A stretch of 64,000 bases of DNA from Adineta vaga. Taxonomy: Eukaryota; Animalia; Rotifera. The DNA is taken from contig CP075493.1 of assembly GCA_021613535.1 (NCBI GenBank), positions 16,740,001-16,804,000 of the forward strand, written 5' to 3'. Each line of letters begins with the position of its first letter. The first letter of the stretch is position 1. Below, piece by piece: positions 1 through 13,015 of this stretch. The position numbers were made by a program, and so were the translations under genes. Below the pieces are notes generated by a model, which did not search any database, was not told where the DNA came from, and saw only the letters and a program-made list of their open reading frames with translations.

Positions 1-446
1 AGTCATTCCTGCATCAATATTGCCAAGAATTCGACAAAGAATAACAACAGTTTAAATATAAAAGACTGTTTGAGATGAATATCCAAATATCGTACGAAAA
101 TATAAATATTATAGTCTCATATAATAGTATTTTTCATAGTAATACGTCATTTTCGAAATGTATGTTTGTCAAAATTCTTTTAAATATTTGCGTGATGATA
201 GAACAAAAAGAACAAAACCAAGTAAATGGGATGCATACGATAGAAGATAAGCGATGGATAATAAATGTTTTTGTCATCTTGATAATTGTATCTACAAGAA
301 AATATCGATGTGATCATTATTGGTTGTAAACCATTAAATAAAATGATCGATTCTGTTATAAATAATTCTTTTTGATTATAAAATTGTTGTTTTAAAGTTT
401 CAATCAATGCATCATCTACCTTCATCCTTCGTGAATGACCACAAGC

Positions 447-510
447 TGAAAGTGTGGGTGGATATGGATTATCTGTTACTTATACCTTAATCCACACTCG
501 CACCCTACAA
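447..510. repeat. Inverted telomeric-repeat element, degenerate copy
   Basis: tgaaagtgtgggtgga...ccttaatccacactcgcaccctacaa; G-rich arm, spacer, C-rich arm. Confidence 0.65.
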
Positions 511-1237
511 TTCATTTTGATTAATGAAAAAATTACTCGAGAGAGCTTTTACTTCTCGAATACGATGCTTTACATCGCTCATTTTATTAAAACCATTCAT
601 TCATTCAATCAATAAAAAATCAACTGTGCTTATGTATATTAGGGAGGTATTCATAGCTTCTGAAAGGAGCAATTTCAAAAAGCTTATATGGCTGTAAGAT
701 CTGTAGAAAATATTTGACTACACGACTGAAGACTGCAGAAGCTATAAAAGTATTTGAGACATTGAAGTGTGAAGCCCTAGTTTACTTATAGGCATATATA
801 CATTAATGTCTAGTGTATGTATGTGCCTATTGGATTTTAGTTCAACCTTTGAAACAGTGTACCCTTAACAAGAAAGAAAAGCCACGCAGTATGTACGAAT
901 TTACGCTGGTGTCATCAAAATGCCATGGTAGATGTATGAAGTCTATTAAACTGCTTCTTTTATTCAGTATGGAATAGATTAGCAGTGAGCATGTGAATGT
1001 ATGACATTTTCATCAGTTTCTTTGACGCTCCAAACACATCTTCATTTAAAGAAAAGAAAGTAATTTTGGAATTCAATCCAACATTTAAAACAACAGCGAG
1101 TAGTGATTTTTCATAAAAGATTTTAAAAGGATCCTGAAGTTTTTACATTTTGTATGAAATACTTCTCACTAACAATGTGACATATCTTTTCATGAGACTT
1201 CGCACTCACAGAAGGCACAATTTAGGCTGATTAATGA

Positions 1238-1284
1238 GAATTCAATCGAGGGTCAAGCGAGTCAGCCTCGACGAACTTTATTTA
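1238..1284 (+). repeat. 47-bp hairpin repeat; second copy inverted at 34837-34883
   Basis: gaattcaatcgagggtcaagcgagtcagcctcgacgaactttattta closely matches the reverse complement of 34837-34883. Confidence 0.75.
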
Positions 1285-1558
1285 TAATACTTGTGGATGT
1301 TATTTTATTCTCATTTACCCTGAAGATGAAAGTGAGAACACAACTAAAGAGTGCAAAATAAAGAGTTTGACAGAATTGATTGACATCTATTTATATTTAT
1401 TCATTATCAACAGGAAGAATAAATCAAATCTGAAAGTCATTTATTTAAATAGAAATAAAATTATCTGTTTTCTACTCGACAATTAAAATATAGAATACAA
1501 TTCTTTATTTTAGTTATCATTATAAAAAAAACGTCCTATCAATTCAAAGTAAATAAAA

Positions 1559-2070
1559 ATGAATGAATCAATTTCTCTTGTTAATAATTTAAATAATATT
1601 GAAAATCAAATCCAATTATATAGTTATTCATTTATGTTTATTTCTTGTCTTATTGGTAATAAATTAAATATTCTTATATTTATCATTAAATCAAAAGATA
1701 ATCCATGTACAATTTATTTATTAGCATCACAAATATATGATATACTCATATTATAATTATTTCTTAAAACAAATATAATTTATTTTATTACAAATAAAAA
1801 TGGTACTAAATCTTGGAATTTATGGTGTAAATTAAATCCATATTTTGCAAATTATCTTTCATTAAATTCAATTGGTTTACTTTGTTTAGCTGCTATTGAT
1901 CGTTGTTATGTTATATCTCGTGAAGTTTACCGACGAAATTTACTTATATTTGTAGTAGTTTCTATATTTATTGTTTAGGTTCATCGATATTTCGTGCAAA
2001 TGTCAAAAGTATGTTCAATAATGTTCGAAATTTAATTCAAGGTACAACAGTATCTATAATATCTAATTAA
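1559..2070 (+). pseudogene. Rhodopsin-like chemoreceptor GPCR pseudogene (in-frame stop, truncated)
   Basis: TM1 'LIGNKLNILIF', 'NPCTIYLLA'; after the TAA it continues 'WCKLNPY...LCLAAIDRC' (DRY-like). Confidence 0.7.
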
Positions 2071-2593
2071 ACAATAAATTCTATAGACTTTTCTTTTCAT
2101 TACTTGATTGAACAGTTTTGTACGCGAGATATTATATTGTGTGTTTTTCGTCTGAATGTCCTATTTTCTATCAGAAAAAAATCGATTGCTCATGGCAAGG
2201 CCAAAGTTTTATTTGCACATTGTCAATCGCTCGTTTTTTTTTCAATGAATTTCAGTTCTTCATGTGAATAATAAAGAGACAGACAGAGAGAGAGAGAAAA
2301 ATGAAGGACGAATAAATTTAATGATTTTATAAGAGAAGAAAAAAACCCCTATAAATATGATTATTTAGATGTTGTTCAATAGTCATCATAGTAGTTACTT
2401 TTCTTTTGATTATAAGTTGTCAAATATACTCAAAGATAATATCTTAAAGTAAGTAACACGTATAAAATACTTTCAATAAGTAAAATATGTAAAGAATAGT
2501 AAATAGAAGAAAATATTTCTTCCCCTTGATTTCATTTTGTTTCTAAAATATAATATTGAATAGTGTCTGGTTTTAGTATTCAGATATTCTACA

Positions 2594-3469
2594 ATGAGAC
2601 CATCAAATAAATACGATGTCAATGAATATCAAACTGAAATAGTTTCTGGTGCTTTCGATGTTATTCCAGAACAAGAAATTAGAGATGAACCAATAAGAAC
2701 AATAGCTTATGATCGAGAATATCACCATGAAGGTAAAGAAAGTGATCGAGAATATCAATATGAAGACAAAGAAAGTGATCGTCCGTATCAAATTCCACAA
2801 AGGTATGAACTTTATTTATTTATCAGAAGAGAAAAAATAGATTTTTTTTTTCCAAATTTAGAAAAAAATTTTCAAAATTCTTCACAAAACGATGTTTAAT
2901 TGGATTTGCCATTGGTTTAATAACTGGTATCATAATTTTAATTGCTGTTGTTGTTCCAGTTGCTGTTCTTACACGTTGTTCATTAGGTAAATAAAAATAA
3001 CTCATGAATACATATCTCAATGACATTTTTCTTTCTTTCTTTCTTTCTTTCTTTCTTTCATCAAGGTACAATCACTTCTACATCCAATTGGATCGGTAAA
3101 TTTCAAATGGATGATGCATGTGATAGAAGTGTATGCTGTTGTTTCACTAATGAAATTATTCTCTCTCAAAAAACGAGTAATCAATTACAAGTCTCAGGTA
3201 ATGTTGCTGGTATTTGTACAAATGTTCCATCAACTCTCATTTTGGCACAAACAATGCCCACCGGATTTCAAACATATATTTCATGGTATAGAGATACACT
3301 TCGTTTTCGATTAGGTCAAGATAGTTCTTATATATCAATTGTTAATATTGGACATGGAGCATGTAGTGCTAGTGGATTAAGAATATCGTATAATTCTGGT
3401 TATATGATATATATGAATGTATATTTAATTATCTTTATTTTAATAATTACAATTATCAATATGATATGA
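2594..3469 (+). CDS. Uncharacterised membrane protein, 3 exons (2594-2802, 2862-2986, 3066-3469)
   Basis: GT-AG introns join the ORF pieces; TM 'LIGFAIGLITGIIILIAVVVPVAV', Cys motif 'CDRSVCCC', hydrophobic C-terminus. Confidence 0.65.
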
Positions 3470-3645
3470 AACTAATTATATCAATGAACTTCTTTTTTTT
3501 CTCAGGGATTTTCTTGTAGTTTAGTATTTCTTTTTTTTTTGTGAAACAAGTTTATTATAATTAGCTAAAATTTAAAAATTTTTGAATTGTATAAGATGTT
3601 TTGATTCATGTCGAAATAGAATCATAGTAATCTTTGTGATATAGA

Positions 3646-3716
3646 GGGCGTATGGTGTAATGGTAGCGCTCGAGTCTTCGGAACTCGGAATCCTGGTTCG
3701 ATTCCAGGTACGCTCA
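3646..3716 (+). tRNA. tRNA-Arg (anticodon TCG)
   Basis: Acceptor GGGCGTA/TACGCTC, D-arm GTGT-AATGGTA-GCGC, anticodon arm CGAGT-CTTCGGA-ACTCG, T-arm CCTGG-TTCGATT-CCAGG, followed by TTTT. Confidence 0.9.
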
Positions 3717-3881
3717 TTTTCTTATTGCTTTTATTAATTTCGATTTCATTAATCAATCTATTTACCATTGAAATTATTGATCAATTTCAAATCAATATAA
3801 GTTAATATTAAATATTTATTCCTAACATAACAATAAAAAAGTACAGTTCGTAAAAAATAAATTTGCTTGTTAAAAAATCGA

Positions 3882-6433
3882 TCATACAACATTATTTTTA
3901 CATGTAATAGAAGTTCTATTGAATCTCAATATCAATCCAGGATTGACAGAACCATACAAATTGCCTAATCTGTCAAGTATAATTTTGCCAGTAGTTATAT
4001 TTTCTATTATAATAGAATTATTAAATTGATATTTATTCATAGCTATACCATTAAATTTACCATCAGATGACCATATAGTTATTTTATCTTTTTCACCTAC
4101 GATAATATAACCAGTTTTATCAAGAGCTATTGTGAACGCATTGATATCTATTGACTTTACACTTGAAAATATTTCGTTAGGTGTTCCGTCAATAAAAGTT
4201 ATTCCTCGTTCTAATCCGTTAATATATTTCAAAATACGCGGAAAACCAACATCTACTAAATATATTATATTATTGACTTCATCTACTGTGAAATCGTTCG
4301 GAATTGCGTATGGATAACGAATTGAGTCAGTTTTATTTCCATTTGCCGCTACAATTGCAGAAGAGCTGTTAACTGTCCATTTGCGTATTATATGTGATAC
4401 CATATCCAACATGAATATGTCACCTGGTGAATTGACGTATAGTCTAGTACAACTGGATGAATGAAGACTCATTCCAAGTTCATTAGTCATATTCTTGATT
4501 ACATTTATTGGTATCGGATTTTCATTTGTTATTTTGAAAACTCCCAATTCTCCTTTGAATTCATTGCAAAAATATAACGATTGGGACGGTGAATGAAAGA
4601 ATAATGGACTGTAGGTATCAAATTGTTGAGAATATAATCTTTTAATTAGTGTTCCTTGATATGACCATTTATCCAAACTTTGATACATTTGATTAACAAC
4701 GTACATATTTAGATCATCATCAACAGCAAAGTTAATAAGAGGATGATCACTGGTTATTACATGGCCTCTATAATCCCATCCAACAGGAACACAATCTATC
4801 GCTATTCATTTGAAAAATACGATAATTTGTCTTAAAGTAAGATAGACACATACGTGTTGATATTGTTGTCGAAATCGTGTTTATTAAATTCGTTATTGGT
4901 TGTATTGACGTTTTTCTTAGTGCTATAATAGTATTAAAGTAAAACAAATTTCTTTATCTTTTTATCTATCATACTAAGATAACAGTTTTCTCAAAGATTA
5001 ATAAAATCAAAATGTACATTACCTATTGTTGTTGTGATAAAGTTTGTACAATTATCATGATCAATACAATTGTATGAACTTCGATTTTGATCTTTCAATT
5101 TAAAATTGATACCCAAAATAACACCTGAGGCTACTATCATCATGAAAACGATGGTAACAAATACTTTAATCATATATTTCTTCTGACAATATTGATTTAT
5201 AAAAGATATTTCAATGTTAATCTGTTCGGAATTATCTACAGCATCTTCATCTGTTGCACTAATTATAATTTTTGATAATTGATTTTCTTTATCATCTATA
5301 ATATCATTAATTCTAAATATAGAACAAAGACTAAATAAAACTTCTTGTTCACTTTGCATATCTGAAAATTGTGAAATATCAGCAAAAATAACATTTTTCA
5401 AATTATAATTAGTTTGAATTTCAAATAAAATTGATTTATTTGGACTTGTCATCGAGCCAGCAAAGTCTATTGCAACTTGTTTATCTTTTGTAGTAGATAA
5501 AAAGCCATTAAATGATATTAAAGTACCAATATTTCTTTTGATTTTTTCAAATTGATTCTCCGTCATATTTCCATGTCCACGAAATACTGTTAATGGTAAA
5601 TCTAATTGATTTTGTTTATGTAATTGTTCGAGTTGTGCACATAAGTCTCGAATAAAAGGTCGAAAAATATTAATTTGATCCATATCCAATGATCTTAATG
5701 CTTTATTTACTAATCGATAAAGAAAACTATCTCTCGTATACCATCGAATTGCTGTTTCAGGTGTATAATTATATTTAAATTCTTCAATTTTTCTTCTCTG
5801 TGCATTATTTTTTCGATATTGTTTTTCACATTCATCTAACATCTTTTCTCGACTATTTGAAGTCCATGGATAAGATTTTAAATTTTCAATATTTTGTTTA
5901 TATGCATTAAATTCTTCAGAATCATATTTTAAACTAAATAGAGGATTTAAATCTCGATCCATAATAAAAAATATTTTCGATGGATGTAATTCTTCTTCAA
6001 TTGCTTCTTTTAATGATTGATTATCAGTACAAATATCAATTATTTTTCGACATTGTTTAAGTAAATATTTATAATTCGTTGAATCTTTACAAAATATAAA
6101 TATCGAGCAAATTTCTCTTAATAATGATGATAATTTCGGAAGGAGATTTTCTGCAAAACATCCTGACATAATAATAACAAGTCTTGTCTTTTCAGCCATA
6201 CTTTGAATTTCTTCAAGAAATAACTCGGAATTGTTGTACAATAAATAATTCGTATTTTCTATACTTTTAAACATATCAATTGTGAGTCGAGTATCAAGTA
6301 ATGTTAAATTCAATGCTTCTTCATCTAACCATATGAAAGTATAGTTCATAATATCATTGTGATAAGTAGTTATAGCTGTTGTATCGTCGTCGTCATCTTG
6401 TAGTGGATAGTATTCATAATTATTATTCTTCAT
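3882..6433 (-). CDS. ADP-ribosyltransferase domain + TM helix + NHL-like beta-propeller, 3 exons (6433-5023, 4922-4854, 4801-3882)
   Basis: ART motifs WYTRDSFLY, VFRG, FLSTT, SEQEVLF; TM 'VFVTIVFMMIVASGVILGI'; both GT-AG introns keep frame into the NHL-like ORF 3882-4706. Confidence 0.8.
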
Positions 6434-6779
6434 CTTACAAATAGGATCTTTTGGATGATTAAGTTTTAATAATAACTAGAATTTTTACTCAAACAAAATC
6501 TAATTTATCTCATGTTTTTGTTGAAAAAAAAAATAAAGTATCCTATGCTTGTAAAATAGTCTCACATTTATGAAAGACGAAAGGAACATGATAGTGCACC
6601 ATTGCAATGTGCCTACATTACAATTTTTCGTTAATGAGTTAACACGTTTCGATATCGACAAAATCGAATATGACGAAGAAAAATATATATTAATATTGTT
6701 TTTCATCCGTAGAAAAAGAAAACGTTGTGCATAGCTACGACACAGAATGAGTCTGCAATGAAATCGTTAAAAAGAAATT

Positions 6780-9461
6780 TTATTCAAATCCAACAAAATG
6801 ATCTAAACTATCTTTATCATCTGCTACAAAAACATTTTTACTTTCATATTTCGTTAAATTATTTTCCACTTTTTCAAGTCCATATTTTTTTTGATAAGTA
6901 AATATTAGACAATCATTTTGAAAACCTAATTGTCGTACTTGTTTAATAAGTTGTATACCTGCTAATTCTGGAGATAATTCATTATCACGTCTCATATCTG
7001 TTACAATACGAAATGTTGAACGATTTTTTAAACGTTGTCCAAATGACGATCGAAGAAATGAAAGTGCATTTTTACTAGACGATTTCGGTATAAAATGAAC
7101 ATTGAAATTTAATGAACGAGTTGATGCACGTTCCATATGTGATTTATTTTCCCATTCCGAATCAAATATATGATCATCAATCCATAAAATTGATCGTTCA
7201 CAAAAGCCAAGTTCAACTTGTCGTAAATAAATCATATGTTGATTTTCATCATTGATTTTATGATCTAATACAAGAAATATTGAATGAGGTAAAAATAAAA
7301 TTTCATCTTCTTCGGGAAATATTGAAAATTGTTTTATACAACGACCAGTTAATGAATAAATAATAAAATATGTATTACGATTAGAAAAATATTTCCATGG
7401 TTCATAACCTTTTCTTGATGAACTAAATTGAAGCCATGTTATTAATGAACCTATTTTATAAAATTTTAATGCAGCATCTGTTAAATTTATAGATCGTGTA
7501 GATACTCCCCAATAATATGGAATATTAGCTAAACCTTTAGCTAAATAATAAAGAATAATAATAGCTTCTTTCCAATTTTTTCCATTAAAATTTTGAAATA
7601 TTTCTCCATTACTTGTTCGTGCAACAAGACTTGCACTACGTTTAATAGTTTCATTTGATTTTGAACCAGTATAAAATGCAATAGCAAATGCAACAGCTCG
7701 TGCATCATCTTCGGATAAATTTTTTTTTATAAAAAAATCGAAATTTTTCTCACTACTTTGTTTATGAATATCAATATCGTCATTTTGTTCATATTTTCTA
7801 CAAGCAATTAATAATTTTTCATACGAATAATTTTCTTCTTCAATCATTTTCGTAAATGATGAATTCAAATGATCTTCATAAACTAAATCATTACGTCGAA
7901 TTTGTAACCATTCTTGTCCACGTTTTTTTATTGAAATTTGTTCTAAAATATTTTCACTTTCTTCTTTTTCAATTGAACAATTCATTTCAGAAGATAATAA
8001 TTGATCTGTTGGTATACCAAGAATTTCCATAAAAACTTGATGTTTTTTTCGATTTTTATCTTCAGAAGATGAAGTTGGAGGATTATTTTCGATCTAAAAG
8101 ATTTTTTTTAGAATTTCGTAATATTTAATTTACAGAAACTTACTGTTGTAAAATTCTCGTTGGAGATTTTCTCTTCAGATTCAACAATTCTATGTGATAG
8201 AGTTTCTTTCAATGCTTGAAATTTCTCATTTAATTCATCAATACATATGAGAAATGATTGTTGTGGACGAATAATTCGACGATCTTCAACATATTCAAAT
8301 GCTTTCTTTAAAATAATAAATTATAAAAATTAATGAAAATAACAAATTTTGTACCTGTGAATCCAATCGCATATGAAATGAAATAAATGCTATAGCTATA
8401 GCTGCCGATCGACTAATACCATTATCGGAATAAATAAGTACAGGATATTTTCGATTATAAGCAATAGCTAAAAGAAAAACAACAAGAGTCTATTTTTCCT
8501 ACGAAATCAACAAAATTGAATGAACATTTACCAATGAAACTGACAGCATCATGAAAAAGTTCATTAACATTAGATATATTGGGTTTATCATCAATTGGAA
8601 CTTGATAATATTCAAGTATATTCGTTTCTTGTACTCTATATAAAAAAAAAGTAATATTCATATTCAATTAATGAATAACAAACAAATAATCATTATGTTT
8701 GGTACAATTGATATAAGCACGAATTTTTAAATCTTTGATTATTTTTGAATTTAAAGCATGTTCACGTCGACCTAAATAGATTAATTGTGGACAAATTTCA
8801 TTTGGATATGTTTCAATCAATTCCAATTCCTATTCAATAAAATTTCATTCTATTTTAGATAACAAAATTTCATTTACTTTTGGTGAATAAAATATCTGTT
8901 GTGTTCGTAAAAATGGATAAGATTTCGAAAATAATTCATAACCACCATTAATAATTTTTATTGTTGTCAAACCACCAGCATATTTACTGAGAAGATGAGT
9001 ACAAGTATAAATATCATCTAGATAAATGATAATACATTTTTTCATTAATTGAATAATATAAATAATACCTTGCTCAGATAAAGGTAATGTATTCGATCGA
9101 TTATCATAAAGAATAATATGTTCACGTGTTTCTAAATTTACATTGTATGAAAATTGAAATTCGCCATTTTGATTCTTTAATAAAGAAATAAAATTTTAAA
9201 GATATAAATATTTCAAATGAATTTTACTCGTTTAATATGTTCGGCAGTAATTATATGACTTTCATTGTAATCTTTTTCAGATCGACAATCTATTAAATAT
9301 CATAGATATTTAAATATATTTAAAAAAAAATATATATATATATATTAACCAAGCAAATAGAGATAATTTCGATCACTGATACGTGCTAATCCATTGATTT
9401 CAGCATTGAGTAAATTATATAAATCATTACAATTGATTAATTCAAATAATGGTGGAAACAT
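6780..9461 (-). CDS. STYXL1/MK-STYX-like rhodanese + pseudophosphatase fused to ART and a receiver-like domain (multi-exon)
   Basis: 'DCRSEKDYNESHIITA', 'GGYELFSKSYPFLRTQ', 'ETYPNEI', 'YSDNGISRSAAIAIAF'; exon 8305-8144 splices in phase 0 to 8093, in frame with ORF 6780-8030 (TR, FSSS, EEDEILF; ILWIDD...VTDMRR). Confidence 0.8.
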
Positions 9462-9949
9462 TTTCGTTTTTATGATTCAAATGATATTTGACAATGAACA
9501 GAATTTCATTAATCATTCTGTTGCTAATAGCAATTATCGTTATCATCAAATTCTTAATATTCGTATTTTTTTCATATAAATAATATTTTCATGAAATTAT
9601 AGTCAATATAATTATATATTGTAATTATTTATTCAATTTAATTAAACGATAGATGGCGTAAGGTGTCATAGTAGATCTATCGATTCAAATTATATAAACA
9701 AGATGAATCAAGTTGATTTCGAGTGACAAAAGAATTTATTTCGATTCCTTTTTCCAAAAATGAGTTTATTTTAATTGTTTATTTTTCTGATTTGATGATC
9801 TTTTGTCCTGATCTTCAGCTAATTTTATTTGAGTTTCAATTTGTTGTTGTTCTTCATCATTGTCTTCCGATTCATGAATATGAACTGAATGAGAATCGAC
9901 TGTAGCTGGATCGAACGTGCAATTCGAAAGAGTTCTATTCAGAAAACTT

Positions 9950-10480
9950 AGAGATATCTTAGTTTGGAAATGAACCATTCATCATATTTGCTCATCGTTG
10001 CAGTATTGAAAACGCCCTTCCCTTTGAATAATAAAACGGGACCAACACGTTGAGCTTCACATGACACTGTGGTAATAACTGTACAAAATCTCTGAATGAA
10101 GAAACAAAATAAAATAGCAAATAGAATCATTCTTTGTGTAGTTCTTCCTAAAAATAGCTGACCTATATACCAGTAGCTTCTAAAATTTAACGAAGACTTG
10201 CGCTTAAATTCAATGGTTCTTATTAAGGAATATGTAGATCTGATAACGCAAACTTTAACTGTCAGATCAACATCTTATAGATCTACGAAAGTCCCCACGA
10301 AAATGATACACAATAGCTCATGACTAGTAAATAAGTTAAATTTTTTGTGTGTTTTAGAGAAAGATAAATACTTACTTTGTTACTCAAACATCCTTCTACT
10401 GCATCACAACTGTTGATATCATTGATTGAAGGTTTTGCTTGATCACCGAATAATGTAAGCGGAGTAAAGGCCCTCACAGG
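9950..10480 (-). mobile_element. Decayed pogo-like DDE transposase fragments
   Basis: 'TPLTLFGDQAKPSINDI', 'RFCTVITTVSCEAQRVGPVLLFKGKG' resemble pogo/Tigger DDE_1 segments; disrupted. Confidence 0.45.
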
Positions 10481-11599
10481 ACCACGTTTTTGAGCTCAAC
10501 AGATTGCTCGTCGAAAAAAAGTATAAAATGAAGTTGCTTTTTTATGAACTTCGTCGAGTGGAATCTTCTGCTGTCGCTTTGGACGTTGAAGAGAGAGAGA
10601 GAGAGTCGATGATGGACGAGAAAACGGCAATCAAGGTCCACGTACGTTAATTTTTTACTTGGAAAAAAGAAAATTAGAGTTTGTGTTACTTTTTATATTT
10701 AATAAAAATAGATTACTCACCTTGCTCACGCTTTTTATTGATGGTTGGTGCTGACGAAGACGGGTACTACTTCCCTTTAGACACAGTGCAGAACAGAAGG
10801 AAAATATATTCGATAGACATTCAACCAACCAACCAAATGAACAGAACGGAAGAAGAGAGATAATTTAATATAGACGGATACTATAGACACAAATGTCAAA
10901 TGTAAAAATCGAAAATCCAGAAAGGTCAGCTTTGTGAATTTTATTATCAGTATGTTCATATATTTTCACAAAAACATATCCTTATTACGTATAGAAAGCA
11001 AACATACAGATGTAATTAAATTATGGAAAATAACTTTAAATTTTTTATGCTTTATAGTCAATTAACACGTGTTCTTTTTGCACAACTTTTTTCATTGGAT
11101 TGAATAAATTTGAATTAGTCTGGTTTTGATAAAAAGTAATCATAAACTTCTGCATATGATAAGAATGAATTGAAATGAATTTTAAATTTAGATGCTACTA
11201 GTCTTGTTGACATACAGTTTTGTTTATCATAGAATAAATGCGTTTTTGCCGAGAAAATACTATTAACAAATACATTACTACATGGGTTCGAGAATAATAA
11301 ACAACTTAATTTATGTAAATTAGGTGAAGGTATTGATTTGATATATAGCAAGATCGCTCAAAGTTGACAAGAAGAAACAACTAAATTGAACTTTTAGGAA
11401 AACCAATAGGAGAAAATAGTAAACCTCTATGAACTCATTCGCTACTTCTTAGAATCCTAAAACAAGTGAAATATAACTGGAAAAAAAGTGCTATAGATCC
11501 GAAAAACTTCTGAAGATTCGGATTCTTTCCTGATTTGTCGGAACGTCTGGCTACTTTGACTATAGATGACATCCATGTACATAATTTATCAAAACAAAT

Positions 11600-11745
11600 A
11601 ATTTACCAAATCGAATAAATTATCGAATTATTCGAATTAATGTTTGAGCATCACATTGATCAACTTCAACCATAAAACATTCCTTTGTTTGAGGATTAAT
11701 ACCACCAAACACCCATTGTTGAGCTCCTGGAACAAGTTCACGTTG
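11600..11745 (-). mobile_element. Merlin/IS1595-type transposase fragment
   Basis: Minus-strand translation QRELVPGAQQWVFGGINPQTKECFMVEVDQCDAQTLIRII (WVFGG...F.VEV..RDA.TL motif). Confidence 0.7.
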
Positions 11746-11803
11746 GGTGTGGGTGAGGGTTTAGCGCATAACCAAATCTGACCCACACCCACCCACCCTC
11801 AAT
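11743..11803. repeat. Inverted telomeric-repeat element at Merlin/FucP junction
   Basis: ttgggtgtgggtgagggt-ttagcgcataaccaaatctg-acccacacccacccaccctcaa. Confidence 0.9.
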
Positions 11804-12088
11804 AACAGAAGCATAAGAATTTGCTGATGTTTCTAATGTAACAAGACCACACGCGATAACAAATGTACAAACCATAAAACCACAAAAATAAACAATTTAT
11901 AAAGCTGTTAATTCAAGTTTGGCAATTTTAAGAACATCTTGAAAATGTTTCTTTAAAACATCAAGTAAACCATAGGAGAAACCCCGAAGAAAAAATAATG
12001 AAATTGCCAATGATAAAGGAAAGATCAGTTTTCGATCAGTTAGACAAGGACTACTATGCGTTGTTGTTATTACTGCACCGCCAGCCAT
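11800..12088 (-). pseudogene. L-fucose/glucose-galactose MFS permease (FucP-like) pseudogene, truncated
   Basis: 'SLFFLRGFSYGLLDVLKKHFQ', stop, then 'GFMVCTFVIACGLVTLETSANSYASVI' ending at the repeat element. Confidence 0.75.
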
Positions 12089-12639
12089 TTTAATTTAATA
12101 ATATGAAGATAAATTGAACATCTTGAAGAGAATATTCTGATACGTTTTGCTGTGTAGTATTTCGTTTACATATCGAGTATTTATAGGTAAATCATTCTCT
12201 ATCTGATTTTGTTTATATTTTCGAGCATAATCGATTTTTCTCTCTTTTTATTAAAGATCAAAAAATTACGAACCATTACCATGTAACTTACAACGATCAA
12301 TTATTCATTAACAAAGAAGTAGATGTTCCGATCGTGATCGATTCATTCATATACAACTGAGTATTTTGGAAAATGTATGATGTACTTGCATGAACGTGAA
12401 AGGCGAGAAATACATATTAATAATTGCATATATATTGAGACATGATAATTGAGAATGTAAGTATACTGGTGACATTTAAAAAACATTCATATCATTCGTT
12501 TCTTTACATAGCTACTGTATAGACGTACATAAATATATTATATTCCTCTTACGCGTCCTTTTGACTTATAGAAGTTGAAACAAAGAAAGATAGGTCAACA
12601 ATTTGATATGAACGAAGGAGATGAACTTGCATATGGACA

Positions 12640-13015
12640 ATGGCCAAACCTCGTCTTCAGATATCGAGACGTGGTGATGTTATCATGAATTACAATAATA
12701 AAGATTATGATAGACAAGGTACAGATTTAGTAGGTGTATTACCACTTAATTCAGATATTGATCCAAATACCAATATTATAAACAATAATGGATATAATAA
12801 TACAATTAAAATATCTAATCACGCGTTTAATTATGCATGTGAATATCATTTTACACCATTTCAAATCATATATCCACCAAAAACTAAAGATACCAAGCAA
12901 GGTTCAAAATTAATAAATGAATTGATTAAATCAATAAAAGAAGATTTTATGTTACGAAATCCTTCTTTTAATAAGCCTTTTCTATTTGATTTATGATGGA
13001 TTGATCCTCAAGGAG
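12640..13015 (+). mobile_element. Probable retroelement ORF1-like fragment, cut at repeat element
   Basis: 'ISNHAFNYACEYHFTPFQI..PK.KD.KQGSKLINELIKSIKEDF..NPSFNKPFLFDL*WIDPQG' resembles bdelloid non-LTR ORF1 proteins (recalled, not searched). Confidence 0.4.

Noticed and set aside
1-446. Minus-strand membrane-protein-like fragment running up to the element at 447
   Set aside because: Contains stops and the family cannot be assigned confidently, so it is not counted as breakpoint evidence.
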